From assembly GCF_006345805.1 (NCBI RefSeq), contig NC_043009.1:8494001-8558000 (forward strand): a stretch of DNA of 64,000 nucleotides. Direction: 5' to 3'. A program made the position numbers and the translations under genes. Positions 49,236-62,344 of the stretch are shown in pieces. This stretch comes from Octopus sinensis. Lineage: Eukaryota. How positions within the stretch are numbered: the stretch's first letter is position 1; each line of letters starts with the position of its first letter. The notes under the pieces were generated by a model. That model was not told the origin of the DNA. It did not search any database and was given only the letters and a program-made list of their open reading frames with translations.

Positions 49236-50364
49236 TGGATTAGCATGGTTTCTGACATTGAAACAATCAAAGATAGGATAAAACTTATTTAAAACAATAA
49301 TAATAATAATAAAAAGTATTTCTCCACTAATAGGCACAAGCACTAATAGGCTCTAACAGGCAGTGTAGTTAAGAAGCTTCTCTCCTTTTCAACCATGTGG
49401 TTTCATGTTCAGACCCACTTAACAGTACCTCGGGCAAATATCTTCTACTACAGCCCTGGTGACCACTACTTTGTGATTGGATTGGACAGATGGAAGCCCA
49501 TTGTGTGTGTGTCTTTGTGTATATGTTTCTCCCATCCCCACCACTTGACAACCAGTGTTGGTTTGTTTACATCCCCATAACTTATCAGTTCAGTGAAAGA
49601 GACTGATAGAATATATACCAGACTCAAAAAATAAGTACTAGGGTCGATTTGTTCACCACTAAACCTTCCAAGGTGGTGCCCCAGCATGGCCAGAGATGAG
49701 TAAATGAGATAAGATGTATTAAATCACTAGCAAATTTCAAAAGCTCACATCCTATTTAGGTAGACTGAGTTTACTGTAAAAGAATCCCAGATTGGAAGTT
49801 TTTGCAGGGAATTATCAATTAAGTCAAATGACTCCAGCTAGATTCAGATCACCATGACCTCACCTTGTAATATGGGTATTGTTGCATTTGGTAAAGTATT
49901 TGAATAAAATGCCATTTGCTATTTAGCTCTATGTGTGTGTGTGTGTGTTATTGTTGTAACTATTGTTCAGAGGAGTCTACAAAAAGTCCTGAGCTCATCA
50001 GTTTCTTATGAAAACCAATGAAATAAAAATAACTTACTTGAAAAGAAAAAAAGAAAACAACAAAAATGGCATCCTGCCATTGAACACTGACTCTCTTTGC
50101 CTCAGCCACCCCGTGTCAGGATAGGAAAAGACATAAAACGATGTTGATCATCATAATCATCAAAGGAATTTACGGAATGAAATTATAATTTGAATTTAAA
50201 TCATGTTTTCAAATAGCTGCAGGAAATTTAATTTGTCTATTGAGTTTCACAATTTAAATTTAATTAACTTTACCATTTATGGGTATTTACATTTCGGATG
50301 TAATATGTCTGGAAGAAGAATGATTATCCAGTAATAATATATGAGAAATGAGTGTTAAAAGCAC

Positions 50365-50444
50365 CTTGTTTTGGAAGTCTGTGTCTTTTCTATACTTCTT
50401 TCGTGGTGTGGCTAAGGCACTTGCCATTGCTTGTCCTGCATGCC
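50365..50444 (-). CDS. Candidate 80-nt internal exon (GHAGQAMASALATPRKKYRKDTDFQNK), product unknown
   Basis: CTTTGTTGCAG acceptor and CAAG|GTGCTT donor; single open frame. Confidence 0.2.
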
Positions 50445-50817
50445 CTGCAACAAAGCTCAAACTTCAAACCATCTCTATTATTATTTTGTTTGTCATCGTA
50501 CTGTGTTTGTATGTTGGGCTTCAAAGAGAATATATAGAATATATAGAAGTACCACTTCAAAGAGAATCAAAACAAAAATGGAAATGTTTTCCTATTGCAA
50601 AAAGTGAAAAGTATTTTCCACAGCAAAAAGTGAAAGTGTTTTCCTTAGTAGAAAGAAAAAAAAGGTGGAGGCGCTTTCCTGACTGAAAAGTGAAAGTTTA
50701 ATTTATTTTTTTCATAAAAAGGATAAATGGATCCAATATCTTTAAATAATAGAACTAGAAAAAAAACAAAGAAGAAAAAAGACTGATAAAGGGCTATACA
50801 AATAACCATATAATACA

Positions 50818-50853
<36 letters not shown>

Positions 50854-51069
50854 TTAGTCCAACCCATGCTAGCATGGAAAACGGACGCTAAACGATGATG
50901 ATGATGATGATAATGATATATATATATATCAAATGGACGAATATAAGGACACACTTATAAAGACAGGAAGACAATTATATATCAATGCATTTGTCTCTGT
51001 ACATATATGTGTTTGCGTGCTCTCTGTCGTCACTTAATGCACACACGCACACACATCCTCTTTATTCAA

Positions 51070-52620
51070 GTACAATGCAATCGCAAATATAATGTGACCC
51101 CCATTTTTGATAGTTAAGAATCAATAAAATACTTTACCCCCTTATATAATGTGACCCCCTGAGTGCAACTATGGTTATTTATACTTTTTAAGAAACCAAT
51201 AAAATGTTTACTGTAAATGTTAAAACATGAAAATCTAAAATACAAACACAAGAACTGGCATGGTTCCTGCTTTTGCTCGGTGATGTTTACTTAAGAGGTA
51301 TTGAATAATGGCCATTGTTCATAAAATGAGTTGATCAATTAAAAATCATCAAACTCTGATTTATCAATGTTTCTCAAATCATTCTTTTTGATTTTAGATT
51401 TACTTAAGTGCCCCGTCCTATCATTTCCTCATCTTTTTCAATCTAAACTTGCCGTTGTGTCTGCAGCTTTGCATCCAGATCATTCCACAGCAACTTATCT
51501 CCTGCTTCAAGCAGATTACTGCTGACGCCAGTCTTTAAAATGCTCCAGTAATGCAATATGTTCTGATGAAGCATCCTAAGCTAGTTCAAGTTAAATAGCG
51601 ACAGTAACGAAGCCAGATGTTCTGAGATGATATCCCTGATATCTAGCGCTTCCTTCCTGCCTTTCTTCAATGGTTTGTTCAGAACAACGAAAGACTGAAT
51701 AATACCTGAGCTTACAGCATGATGAGTTTTCATATCTTATGATGAGTGTTTCATTGGATCAGTAAAGTAAACTCTAAACTGGTCTTACACCAACTTTGTA
51801 TTGTTTTTTTTTTATGCTTTATGTCGTTTATTCCATACTTATCACAATCGTACACCTATGCTTCCCCCACTCCATCCAGCTCACCTTTAGGATGGTAGAA
51901 AACAAGCAACAGCAAAAGGAAATGCTTGTTCCTTAGGAATTGTTATTGTTTTAAAAATAACCATGGTATTTTGTTTGGTATTTTGTTTGGTTCCAGCCAA
52001 ACTAGAGACACAAATCTTCAGTAAAAAGGATTTTTCATGTCCCGTTCTTCTAACACAGTTGTTTTTTTCCTCCCCCTCCCCTGCTACTTTACCCTGTGGT
52101 CTGCTCCCTGGCATATCAAAAATAGTGAGTATCTCAGCCATATTCCCAGTGTCACCCACTCCAAAGGCATGCTGCTTTCTCCCACTACGGAAACTGCATA
52201 ATCTCATCAGCCAAATCAGAGGACAGCTTCTTTGAAATTTTTGTTTTCCAACATAGAGCTAGATAATTGCCTTTTGTAGAATCTCTGGCACCTTCCATCC
52301 GAAAATTTGAAAAAGTAATTAACTCTATATTTCCCACCATATTTTCTTTTACCCTATTCACTCAATTCTCTTTCCAGTTCTGGATAGTGAACCTGTTTTG
52401 CTGCTTGACATTTTCTGCAATTCAGTTTTCTTCTTCTTTTTGTCTCCGTAACCTTAATGTTGTTCTCAACAAAAAATTTCCTAGAGGCTGTGCAGTTGTT
52501 CTTTACAGCAAATTTCGATTTTGCTCTGTAAGCAATACATCTCTTTTTCCCATCCATGCTTGTATTGTGAGGATGCTGACTGGAGATGGTTTTTCTTTTT
52601 AAACTACTAGCATATGTCAG
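51070..52620 (-). mobile_element. pogo/Tigger-superfamily (POGK-like) transposon relic, boundaries approximate
   Basis: Minus strand: Brinker-like N-terminus (KRCIAYRAKSKF..ASRKF), CENP-B HTH start (HYPELERELSEW), DDE_1 pieces (GNM..TIFDMPGS, RTGHEKSF, MVIFK..IPKE, LNKP, DKLLWND); many stops and frameshifts; repeated TATAATGTGACCCCC motif near 51088 and 51145. Confidence 0.8.
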
Positions 52621-53419
52621 TGTAACTTTCACGTTTTAAACTGTCATCTGTAATCTTTTTAATTAAATAATCATTTTTTTTTTAACAATAGAGTGTAAAG
52701 CAATGCAGCACAAATGGGTCTTCATTACACACACAGTGCTTCAGAGCGGCAGGCAATGAAGTGTATACATTAGCCGTTAAATGTTCCACAGATGCTACTT
52801 TCAATATCTTTGTTTTAACGCACTTTGTTGTTGCATTTATTATCGTTATTATTATTATTACTATGTTCATGTACAATGTTATTAGCTCAGTTTTACTCCC
52901 AAATTTTAAAAATACTAAATTGCTTGCCTTGTACACAAAAGCAGTATATATGTGTGCATATATACATGTTCATATACATCTCTCTCTTTCTCTTCATATA
53001 TATATACACACACACACACATACACATACACACACACGTGTGTATGTGTGTAAAGGTAGACAGACACAGGTGTGGCTGTGTGATTAAGAAGTTTACTTTC
53101 CAACCACATGGTTTCGGGTTCAGTTCCGCAGCATGGCACCTTCAGCAAGTGTCTTCTACTACAGGCCTGGGTCAACCAAAGTCTTGTGAGTGGATTTCAT
53201 TGACAGAAAATGAAAGAAGCCCTGTGTGTGTGTGTGTTAGTGTCCTCTTGATATCATGTGATAGTTGTAAACAAGCGTCAGTGTCATGCAAGCAGTGTCC
53301 TTCGCTTCCAGTCTTCCATAAAAATGTCTAACCATGGGAAATATTACCTTACTTGGAAACAGATGAGTGTTGGCAACAGGATAGGCATCCAGCTGTAGAA
53401 AATCTAAACAATGATGATG

Positions 53420-53750
53420 ATAGGTAAGAAGTTTACTTCCCTACCACACAGTTCCGGTTTCAGTCCCACTGCGTGGCACCTTGGGCAAGTGTCTTCTACT
53501 ATAGCCTCGGGCTGACCAAAGCTTTAGGAGTGGAGTTGGTAAAGGGGGAAACTGAAAGAAGCCCATTATATATGTGTGAGTGTTTGTCCTCCACCACTGC
53601 TTGAGAACCAGTGTTGGTGTGTTTACATCTCTGTAACTTAGCAGTTCAGCATAAGAGACTGATAGAATAAATACTGGATTGATTCATTCAAGTAAAATTC
53701 TTCAAGGCAGTGCCCCAGCATGGCCACAGTTCAAATGACTGAAACAAGAA
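53420..53750 (+). mobile_element. SINE family B
   Basis: CAGTCCCACTGCGTGGCACCTTGGGCAAGTGTC..GACTGAAACAAG. Confidence 0.8.
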
Positions 53751-53868
53751 TAAGCTGAGAAATAAAGATACTCTTTATCCATAACTGTCCATTGAAATCA
53801 TTTTGTTATAACTTATCGGTCTTAAATATCCCAAGTCAGCTACAGAAGTGGCAATATTTGCAAAACTC

Positions 53869-54070
53869 AAGGTGGCGAGCTAGCAGAAGTGTTAGCATGC
53901 CGGGCGAAATGTTTAGCGGTATTTCGTCTGAGTACAAATTCCACCAAGGTCGACTTTACCTTTCGATTTTTTGGGGATCAATAAATTAAGTACCAGTTGC
54001 ATACTGGGTCAATCTAATCGGCCAGCCGTCTCCCCCAAAATTTCCGGCCTGTGGCCTAGAGTAGAAAAGA
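53869..54070 (+). mobile_element. SINE family A (short variant)
   Basis: AAGGTGGCGAGCTAGCAGAAG head; AATTAAGTACCAGTTGC body. Confidence 0.75.
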
Positions 54071-54774
54071 ATATTTGCAAAACTCTGAGTTGTAACAGAC
54101 AGTAATCTCAGAACTACAATAAAAGTTTCCATACTATGTCTATACGAAATACTTGTTTTTCATTTGTTTCTCAGCCAAAACACACACATAAACACTTTTT
54201 CTCTGCCATTTAAAAACCTTTAGCGCTGCAACAGAATATTTACAGAAAGAGACATTGTCACAAAAAGCATAACAAAGGTACACAAAAGATTATCACACAT
54301 GCCTACAAACTTGAAACATAAAGTGTTGGAACAAAGCATACTTGAAAGCATTTTGCCAAACGAATGCTCTGACGATTTTGCCAGTCAACTGCTCTGGACT
54401 GAAACCCTATTTCATCAACCCTCAGACTAGTGACAGGGAAGCTGACCTCGATATTATTTGAACTCTGAATGCTAAGAACTGCAACAGATACCACAAGGCA
54501 TTTTGCCTGATGCTCTAACAACTCTGCCAGTAGCCTGCTTTTCTAAATAGCTGCAAGTGTGCTCACATGCACACAACACACACACATACACACACACACA
54601 CAGCCACATACACACACAGGATGAGCGCTTTTGAAGATAAAAGGCAATTTGATCTTAATAGAGGATGGAAAACACACAAACATGTATGCGCACATTTTTT
54701 TTTATAATTCATTCTTAAACTTGGATACTGTTCATTATTTCCTGTGATTCAAAGGATAATTTCATTGTCATCAT

Positions 54775-54960
54775 CATCATCATCATTTAACATCCACTTT
54801 CCATGCGGGCATGGGTTGGATGGTTTGAATGAAAACTGGTGAACTGGAGAGCTGCACCAGGTTCCAGTCTGATTTGGCAGGGTTTCTCTGGCTGGATGCC
54901 CTTCCTAATGCCAACCACTCCAAGAGTATAGTGGGTGCTTTTTACATGCCACCAGCATAG
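54775..54960 (-). mobile_element. RTE LINE 3' tail
   Basis: (ATC)n followed by the reverse complement of the RTE 3' UTR. Confidence 0.8.
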
Positions 54961-55097
54961 GTGCCGGGCATATATTTATCTATATATATATATATATACC
55001 TGAGTAAACACATAAATGTGAAACAAGGTGGAAAAAAGAGTACTCAAATACCAGGGGTAGAGTAATATGCTTTATTTAAAGCAGCAGAAAATTCAAC

Positions 55098-55144
55098 AAA
55101 ACCTGTTACTCTGAGTTTCCCGTTGCCGTTCATCGGACAGTTTT
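55098..55144 (-). ncRNA. Minimal hammerhead-like motif (mirror copy)
   Basis: Exact reverse complement of 55161-55207. Confidence 0.6.
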
Positions 55145-55160
55145 TGCTAGAATTCTAGCA

Positions 55161-55207
55161 AAAACTGTCCGATGAACGGCAACGGGAAACTCAGAGTAAC
55201 AGGTTTT
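55161..55207 (+). ncRNA. Minimal type I hammerhead-like ribozyme, U4C variant
   Basis: Stem I AAAACTGT/ACAG(G)TTTT; core CCGATGA; stem II CG-GCAA-CG with an A.G closing pair; GAAA; stem III ACTC-A-GAGT; GUA triplet 55196-55198. Confidence 0.6.
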
Positions 55208-55341
55208 GTTGAATTTTCTGCTGCTTTAAATAAAGTATATATATATATAATATATATATATATGTATGTATGTATGTATGAGAATACATCCCCCTCCACA
55301 AACATAAATATATATATTGAGAGAGGTGTATCTATCTGTAT

Positions 55342-55380
<39 letters not shown>

Positions 55381-56332
55381 CATTGATAACTATGTAGGTA
55401 TGTGTGTGTGCATATACTTATAAATATACATGTGTGTGTACACAAATACACACACACACGTGTGGTGTCTGTATATCCATGAGTGTGCGTATGCCCCTTT
55501 CAGATTTCCCCTGATTTTCCTCGCCGTGCTAGACACAGACAGACACACAGATGCACACACACTTGTCGTTCGTTGTTGTTGTTGGTTGAAGTGTTGATGT
55601 TTATATAATATCTCTCTTTGCATGTTGTGTCAATATGGTGCTGCTGGAATTTCACAGAGTGCTGCAACATGATAATGTCATAACTGCAAACATCAATTGA
55701 GTGAAATAGTTGCAATGTCTGTAATATTGATTTTTGCACGTTCGGAGTATTTTCGTGCCTGTGTATGACCAAATTGTCTTTTGTCTCCTCGTGCGTCTGT
55801 CCTGCATACACACGCATATGCGTTTGCGTGCGTGCGTGCGTGTGTGTGCTCTTGTATCTCTCTGTATGTGTTGTGTGTGTGTCGTGTGTTTGCGGCTAAA
55901 ACGAAGTACATTTTATTTAAGTATTCATTCAATCGAGATGTTAATCACCCCTGATGCCAAACCAAACAAGTAAAAGACGAACACTTCTAAGAGATCAGCC
56001 GGTTTGCTAGAAATAGCAGCCAAATCTCGTTCATATTGTACTCGGCTAACTTTTTACTTTTTAAAAAAGAAAGGGAACTGCACGGGTAAAAGAAATAACA
56101 GAATGGTCACGGCTGGGGCGTCATTGATTCTGCTAGGACTAACTTGTTAGTAAAGGCTAACATCTTAGATCTAAACATCAACAAACATTGAATACAAAAC
56201 TCAAGTGTACCGTACTATATATATCCGCCTACTCCCCTCCTCTGCCGCCAAACGAACCAGATTAATTTGTTTTTGTTGTTGTTGAGCCGACACACATGCA
56301 CAGACAGAACCATCGAATGCCATTTAGTATTA

Positions 56333-56461
56333 TCACAAACAACCACTGACTCCCCCCTTTATCAAACGGTTTAACAGGCGAAATTCTTGCGGCAGACAGT
56401 CACTGTCGTTGGAAATACATCGTCTGCACAAGATGCGGCCGGATCGTGCCAATGTGTACAT
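56333..56461 (-). CDS. Candidate first coding exon or small ORF (MYTLARSGRILCRRCISNDSDCLPQEFRLLNRLIKGG)
   Basis: ATG at 56461 in complex CpG-rich sequence; Arg-rich N-terminus lacking acidic residues; possible donor GGA|GTCAGT at 56350; no homology recognised. Confidence 0.3.
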   Translation of the reverse strand: MYTLARSGRILCRRCISNDSDCLPQEFRLLNRLIKGGVSGCL

Positions 56462-56489
56462 TCCTGACTTTTCGAAAATATCTCTCAGA
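56378..56489 (+). other. Alternative plus-strand exon candidate
   Basis: TTTAACAG acceptor and CAGA|GTGAGT donor; two open frames, one containing MRPDRANVYIPDFSKISLR. Confidence 0.25.
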
Positions 56490-56687
56490 GTGAGTAACTC
56501 ATATATATATACATATATATATATTGTGCGTGCGTGTGTGTGTGTGTGAGCGCGCGTATGTATGCAGGGTAAATCAAATAGTTTTGAATTTTATATATTG
56601 TTGTAAAGTTGCATAAATATTGTTTCAAATTTCATATATATATTATAAATTTTATATGTATGTATATATATATATGTATGTGTGTAT

Positions 56688-56751
<64 letters not shown>

Positions 56752-58161
56752 ATATATCTACACTCGCATATATATACACGCATACGTGTAAATGTTGTCT
56801 TAAATTATGTATACATGCATACATATACGTGTGTGCCTGTGTGTGCGTGCATGTGTGTGTCTGTCTGTCTGTCTGTGCGCGCGCGCAATGATAAATTCAT
56901 GTATTCGATACTGGAATATTTTGATTTTTTTAGTGTATACAAGAGCAATATTTATAGAAGCTAGGTATAATCGATAGCAATCATGCGAGGCTGTTTATTA
57001 TCATCATCATCATCATTATTATTATTATTATTATATTATTATTATTATTATTATTATTATTATCATCATCATCATTATTTTCATTTTAATATCATTCCAA
57101 TATACACCATAACTCGTAATCACAGGTAATCACTGATGTTTTTAATTAATTCTGGACTGACGGAAACCAAAGTCTGTGACAGTAATGTGCTGGAATAATG
57201 TTTTTGAAGACTTGAAGTAGTCCGTATATTCTAAAGTGAGTTTTTCTCGAAATTGCGTGTCAGCACATTGACGTTAAATACACACATACATTATTCTTTA
57301 CGCACATACATTTACGACTGTGTCAGCACATATGTTGAATATACACACAGATATTATTCTTCGTGCACGCGCAACACTTCTACAATACACAAACAAAAAC
57401 GCGCACACGTACACACCACACACTACACAACGACATTCTTCAGTATTACACGCATGGTTAACATGCAACAAACATGCATTATATATGCCTATAAAATCGC
57501 ATTACGCGAGCCCCTACATGCCCTCACAAAAACACACTCACACCATCACGAAGAGAGGGAAAGTGTGAGTGATTGAATGAGTTTTATGGATGTGTGTAAA
57601 GTTGTTGGTTTTTACTACGGTTGCTTCTGTGTTTCAAAACCCATTCATGAAATTTGCTGGAGGAATGCCCATAGTTCAGCCAATCATCGTCTCTCTACTC
57701 ACACTCCAACGTATTACCAACTCGTTCTTTTCCCCATTTACTGCTCTTTTCTGTTCCCTTCATTTACTTTCTCTCTGTGTATATATTCCCTCTTTCTATA
57801 CCTCTTCTCAGTTCTCTCTTTACACTCTTATTCTCTCTACATCTCTCTCTCTCTAGCAATCTGTCCAGCTCTGCCTCTCCTCCCCTTCTCTTTGTTTCCC
57901 CTCTCTCAGTAATCTATATTCGCTGTCCTCTTAAATTGTTTACCCCCCTTTCTCCATCTCACCATTTACTGACCTCTATTCTAACCCCCCCTCTATCTAT
58001 GTTCTCTCTCTCTCGTATCTCTCTACACTCGTTACTCTCTGTCGTCGTCGACACCCTTTTCCTTCACTCGTCCTCTCTCTTTCTACCTATCTCATTGTCG
58101 TAATAAATTATAAGGGAAGATGTCTGGCCGGTTCCCGGACCCCGCATAAATACTTACTCAC

Positions 58162-58400
58162 CGACTTGGATTTATTTAATTCTATGGAACTAAGTTTTTA
58201 AAACTCGCATATATTATTACACACACACAAACACACACACACACACTCACACACACACACACTACAAAATTATGTGTAGTTTCTCTCATGCTGCCTGGCC
58301 GCAAGCGGCTGTGTGCTCAGCTTGAACCTGCCTACCGTCGCCACCGCATTCACCATACACAAACTCTCTACTACTATATATATTCTCTCTCTCTTTCTTT
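58162..58400 (-). promoter_or_regulatory. Candidate non-coding first exon / promoter of a minus-strand gene
   Basis: Strong donor TCG|GTGAGTAAGT at 58161; GC/CpG-rich segment GGTGGCGACGGTAGGCAGG upstream; lies inside the CpG-rich domain. Confidence 0.4.
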
Positions 58401-58899
58401 CTCTCCCTCCCCTCCTCTCTTTCTCGTTCGGACAGATCACTTATAGTCTGTCTGTGTGTGTTTTGAAAGAGAGAGAGAGAGAGAAAGATAAAAGAAAATG
58501 AGTCTTTTGATTAAAGATCGGTGTCAGCAAGTCGACTGTGGATGGCAATTTGCGGCAACTTCACTCACAACAACCTGAGGTATTTTTTCATTATGCAATT
58601 TATTATTATTATTATTATTATTATTGTTTTGCTTTTGTTGTTGTTGTTGTTATTTGTTATATATTGTAAATGTACGCCGAGGTACACACACCCATACATA
58701 TGTGTGTGTTGGATTCACCGTGTGTGTGTGCGCGTGTTGATATACATACATACATGTATGTATGTGTGCGTGAGATAATCAAATCTTTTATATGAATATA
58801 TAAGTATATACACACACACACAATATATATATATATATGTATATATATAAAGTATATTATATGTGTGTGTTTGTATATATCGTATGTGTGTGTGTGTGT

Positions 58900-59704
58900 G
58901 TTATTTAACTCATCTGATACAACGGGCCTATGATCAAAGCCGTTCCAACCATGTCATCCTGTTTTTGTCTACCATGAACTACATTGTGCAGGTGTCGACT
59001 CGCAACAGTTTGAGCCGAACATTAAAAGCCATCAATCTCACTTGCCGGGCCTCGGAGTACCTGCGAAAAAACTCTGGGCACTACTTCTGCTTCCAAACCC
59101 TACATGTGTATTACAAAGAAAAAAAGTCTTTGAGGCTGTAGAGTGTATGATTTGAGGGAGATTTGGTCGTTATTTCTAACAGCTCCAACGACCCGTAAAG
59201 GTTCCCCAGTCGATATCCGTGCGTGCGTGCGTGCGTGCGTGTAATATGATACAAATGGGTGTGTTGTCACATTGTGCCTGTTATTTAACCCTAGGTCAAC
59301 TCTGATCAAACACACCTGCTGTGGGCACATTAGCCAGTTTGTCCCTTCTTTTCGGGCCACATTAGCTTGTGGTCCCTTTTTTTTTTTTTTTTTTGAGACG
59401 GTACAATGTGTTTTGAGGAGTATTTGGTTGTTATTTCTAGTAGGACGAGCGACGGCGTAGACGCTCCCTCGGTGCTCTGCATGTATTATACGGACATTCA
59501 TCTTGTATGAATTACTGTGCACGTAAATGCATGCACTCAGAATGCACTGAGACGCACATTCGATGTACCTGTGTATATGTCTGTGGGTCGTGTGATGTGT
59601 GTATACACATAAATGCATTCACTCTTTACATATGCGCGAAAGTAGTTTTGGTGAATGTGCGTACATTGTATGTGTGTGTTTGTGGGTGCATGTATGTATG
59701 TGTG

Positions 59705-59742
<38 letters not shown>

Positions 59743-60140
59743 ACTGTGTGTTGTTAATCATATCATCAACCCTAACCGTCCCATTTTTTTTTTTACATAG
59801 AACAGGGATTGCATTACCTTTATGTGCCCTTTTTAAAACGGTAGGGTGTGTCTTGAGTGAAATTTGGCAGCTATTACTAGCAGGTCGATCGACCGCTTAG
59901 CGACTCCTTCTTTGGCTTTTTCAGTGAGACACTGTTGACGCTGTTTAGCCCCTGGACAACCCTGAATAAGAAAGCTTATGATCAAAGGCATTCCAGCCGT
60001 TACTATCCGGTATCTTTCTAAGGGTTTCTAAGACTACACGATGTAATTTTATCCTTACCGTTTTTTAAAGACAGTGGGGTATGTTTTGTGGGGGGATTTT
60101 GGTGTTATTTTTAGCAGAAAGAACGGTCACATAATGGCTC
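58900..60140 (+). mobile_element. Cluster of four family D repeats with CpGs retained
   Basis: Repeated TATGATCAAAG..GATTTGAGGGAGATTTGG..TATTTCTAGCAGG units. Confidence 0.7.
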
Positions 60141-61454
60141 CCTTATTATTCTTTTTAAGGTGTAGCTTATTACAGGCCCGTGTTTGGTTGTCCGTCACAA
60201 GGTGTTGGATGGTTAAATTGTTCGTGTGGTGTATTAAGTACTGACAATTATATATACTATATACATATATCGTGTGTGTTTAGTGTGTTGATATATGCGT
60301 GTATGTATGTGTCAGTTCGAAATGCATTGTGAATAGGCAATTTGTATAGGTAGTCCTGTTTCGTGCGTGCTTTCCACTGGTTCCTTGTGTATGTATAAAT
60401 TAACATTTTTCAGGTGTGTGTACATACATACACTCACTCATACATTACACATACATATGTATATCGTTCGACAAGTGTGTTGTTACGGATGTGTGTGTGT
60501 TATAACTCTTTATCAACATGGTATATAAGTGATAATCCTGCTTGACTGTCATTTTGCTGTGTATGCATTAATTTGCATTTTCTTTGTGATTATTGATATC
60601 TTAAGATCTCTGAACAATGGGAATTGCTGTGAGTGTGTGAGTGCGCGTGTATCTATGTTTATTTTTTCGAACCAACATTTTCGTGTCTGTCACTAATTGT
60701 GTGTCAACATTTACTGGATTATGAGGACATTGTAGGATGGAGTTAATCTTCGAATCAAACCAACGGACTCTGTGACGGCCACTGCACGTTCTTCTCTTTC
60801 TCTTTTCTTTTCTTTAACTAACTTTTCCATCAGTAAATACCTCTTGAGAAAGGCATCAACGTCTCATCGCACAGGATTAAGCAGAAATCTTGAGCTTGTG
60901 TAAATAATTCGAATGTGTCAAATTCTATCGTGAGTAATCTCTTAACTTGTGAAAGCACTTTATTTTTGTGGGGTTTCATGTATGCGTATGGCGTGTGTAC
61001 CTGTTTGACAAGGTTTTACGTTCAGATCCTCCCAGAAGAGGTTTTCATTTATTTATAACCTTTTTATTTATTTATTCATTTATTACCTTTTATTCTCGGG
61101 GATCAATAAAATATATCCCAACCGATAAACAACTGTAGCAGGTAGGTTTTCGTTCGGTTTATGCCGCCCCTTACAAAATGTGGCTTTTTTTTCTTTTTGG
61201 TCGAATCAGAATAATCAATCGCATATCTTAGCTTAAGTATTCATGGTCTGGGAATTGGATTCATGTGTATGAGTAATAAGGGTGTGATGGGTATTCAGGG
61301 TGGCACTACATGGTGAAAGAGAGAGAGAGAGAGAGAGGTGTTGGAACTGCTGTGCAGCTAAGCAACGAAATGCATGTTCTATGTATGTTTAAGCAGGTGT
61401 AAGCATTCCTGCGATTTCTGCGTATGAGGGAGTCGTGTAGGTGTATGTATGTTC

Positions 61455-61485
<31 letters not shown>

Positions 61486-61634
61486 TACATATATATATAT
61501 ATGTATATATATACATATATATATATATATTATATATATATATATATACATACACATATGTATGTGTGTGTGTGTGTGTATGCGCATATGTGTGTATAAA
61601 TACATGCATATATACGTACACATACGCGTGTGTG

Positions 61635-61688
<54 letters not shown>

Positions 61689-61844
61689 GAGAGAGAGAGA
61701 GAGAGAGTTTTTGTTTTTATTTTTCTTAATGAGATATCACGCTGTAGCTATTCAGATTTTTTTTGATTTTTTTTTTTCGTTTCCTCTCTTTTCATCGCAA
61801 CTAGGAGCGAAAACGCGAAATTCTTGATATCATAACTGCTTGAT

Positions 61845-61931
61845 ATATATCTATCTATCTTTACCTATCTATCTATCTATCTATCATCTATCTATTTATC
61901 TATCTATCATCTATCTATTTATCTATCTATC

Positions 61932-61966
<35 letters not shown>

Positions 61967-61982
61967 AATCTATCAATCTATA

Positions 61983-62047
<65 letters not shown>

Positions 62048-62064
62048 TTATCTATCTATCTACA

Positions 62065-62122
<58 letters not shown>

Positions 62123-62125
62123 CTT
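61845..62125. repeat. Long (ATCT)n/(GTCT)n tetranucleotide microsatellite
   Basis: Directly visible, about 280 bp. Confidence 0.97.
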
Positions 62126-62296
62126 ACATACATATATGCATGCATGCATGCTGTTACTGGCTATCGGTTTCCTTCCCACCTAGGTGAAATATTATGATCA
62201 GACAGCACGGTGCTGTGACACTATTGTTATCTAAACATACATCTGTAACTTAGCCTCTCCGATAACGACCATCCCCTTTTCTGCATGACATCACAT

Positions 62297-62344
<48 letters not shown>

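Larger units (their letters stand above)
54999..55240 (-). mobile_element. PLE terminal-repeat fragment with a perfect 166-bp palindrome
   Basis: 55070-55152 is the exact reverse complement of 55153-55235 (centre GAATTC, no loop); (TA)n on both flanks. Confidence 0.8.

Noticed and set aside
57700-58100. Overlapping hydrophobic ORFs
   Set aside because: CT-rich low-complexity DNA that yields Leu/Ser/Phe-rich frames
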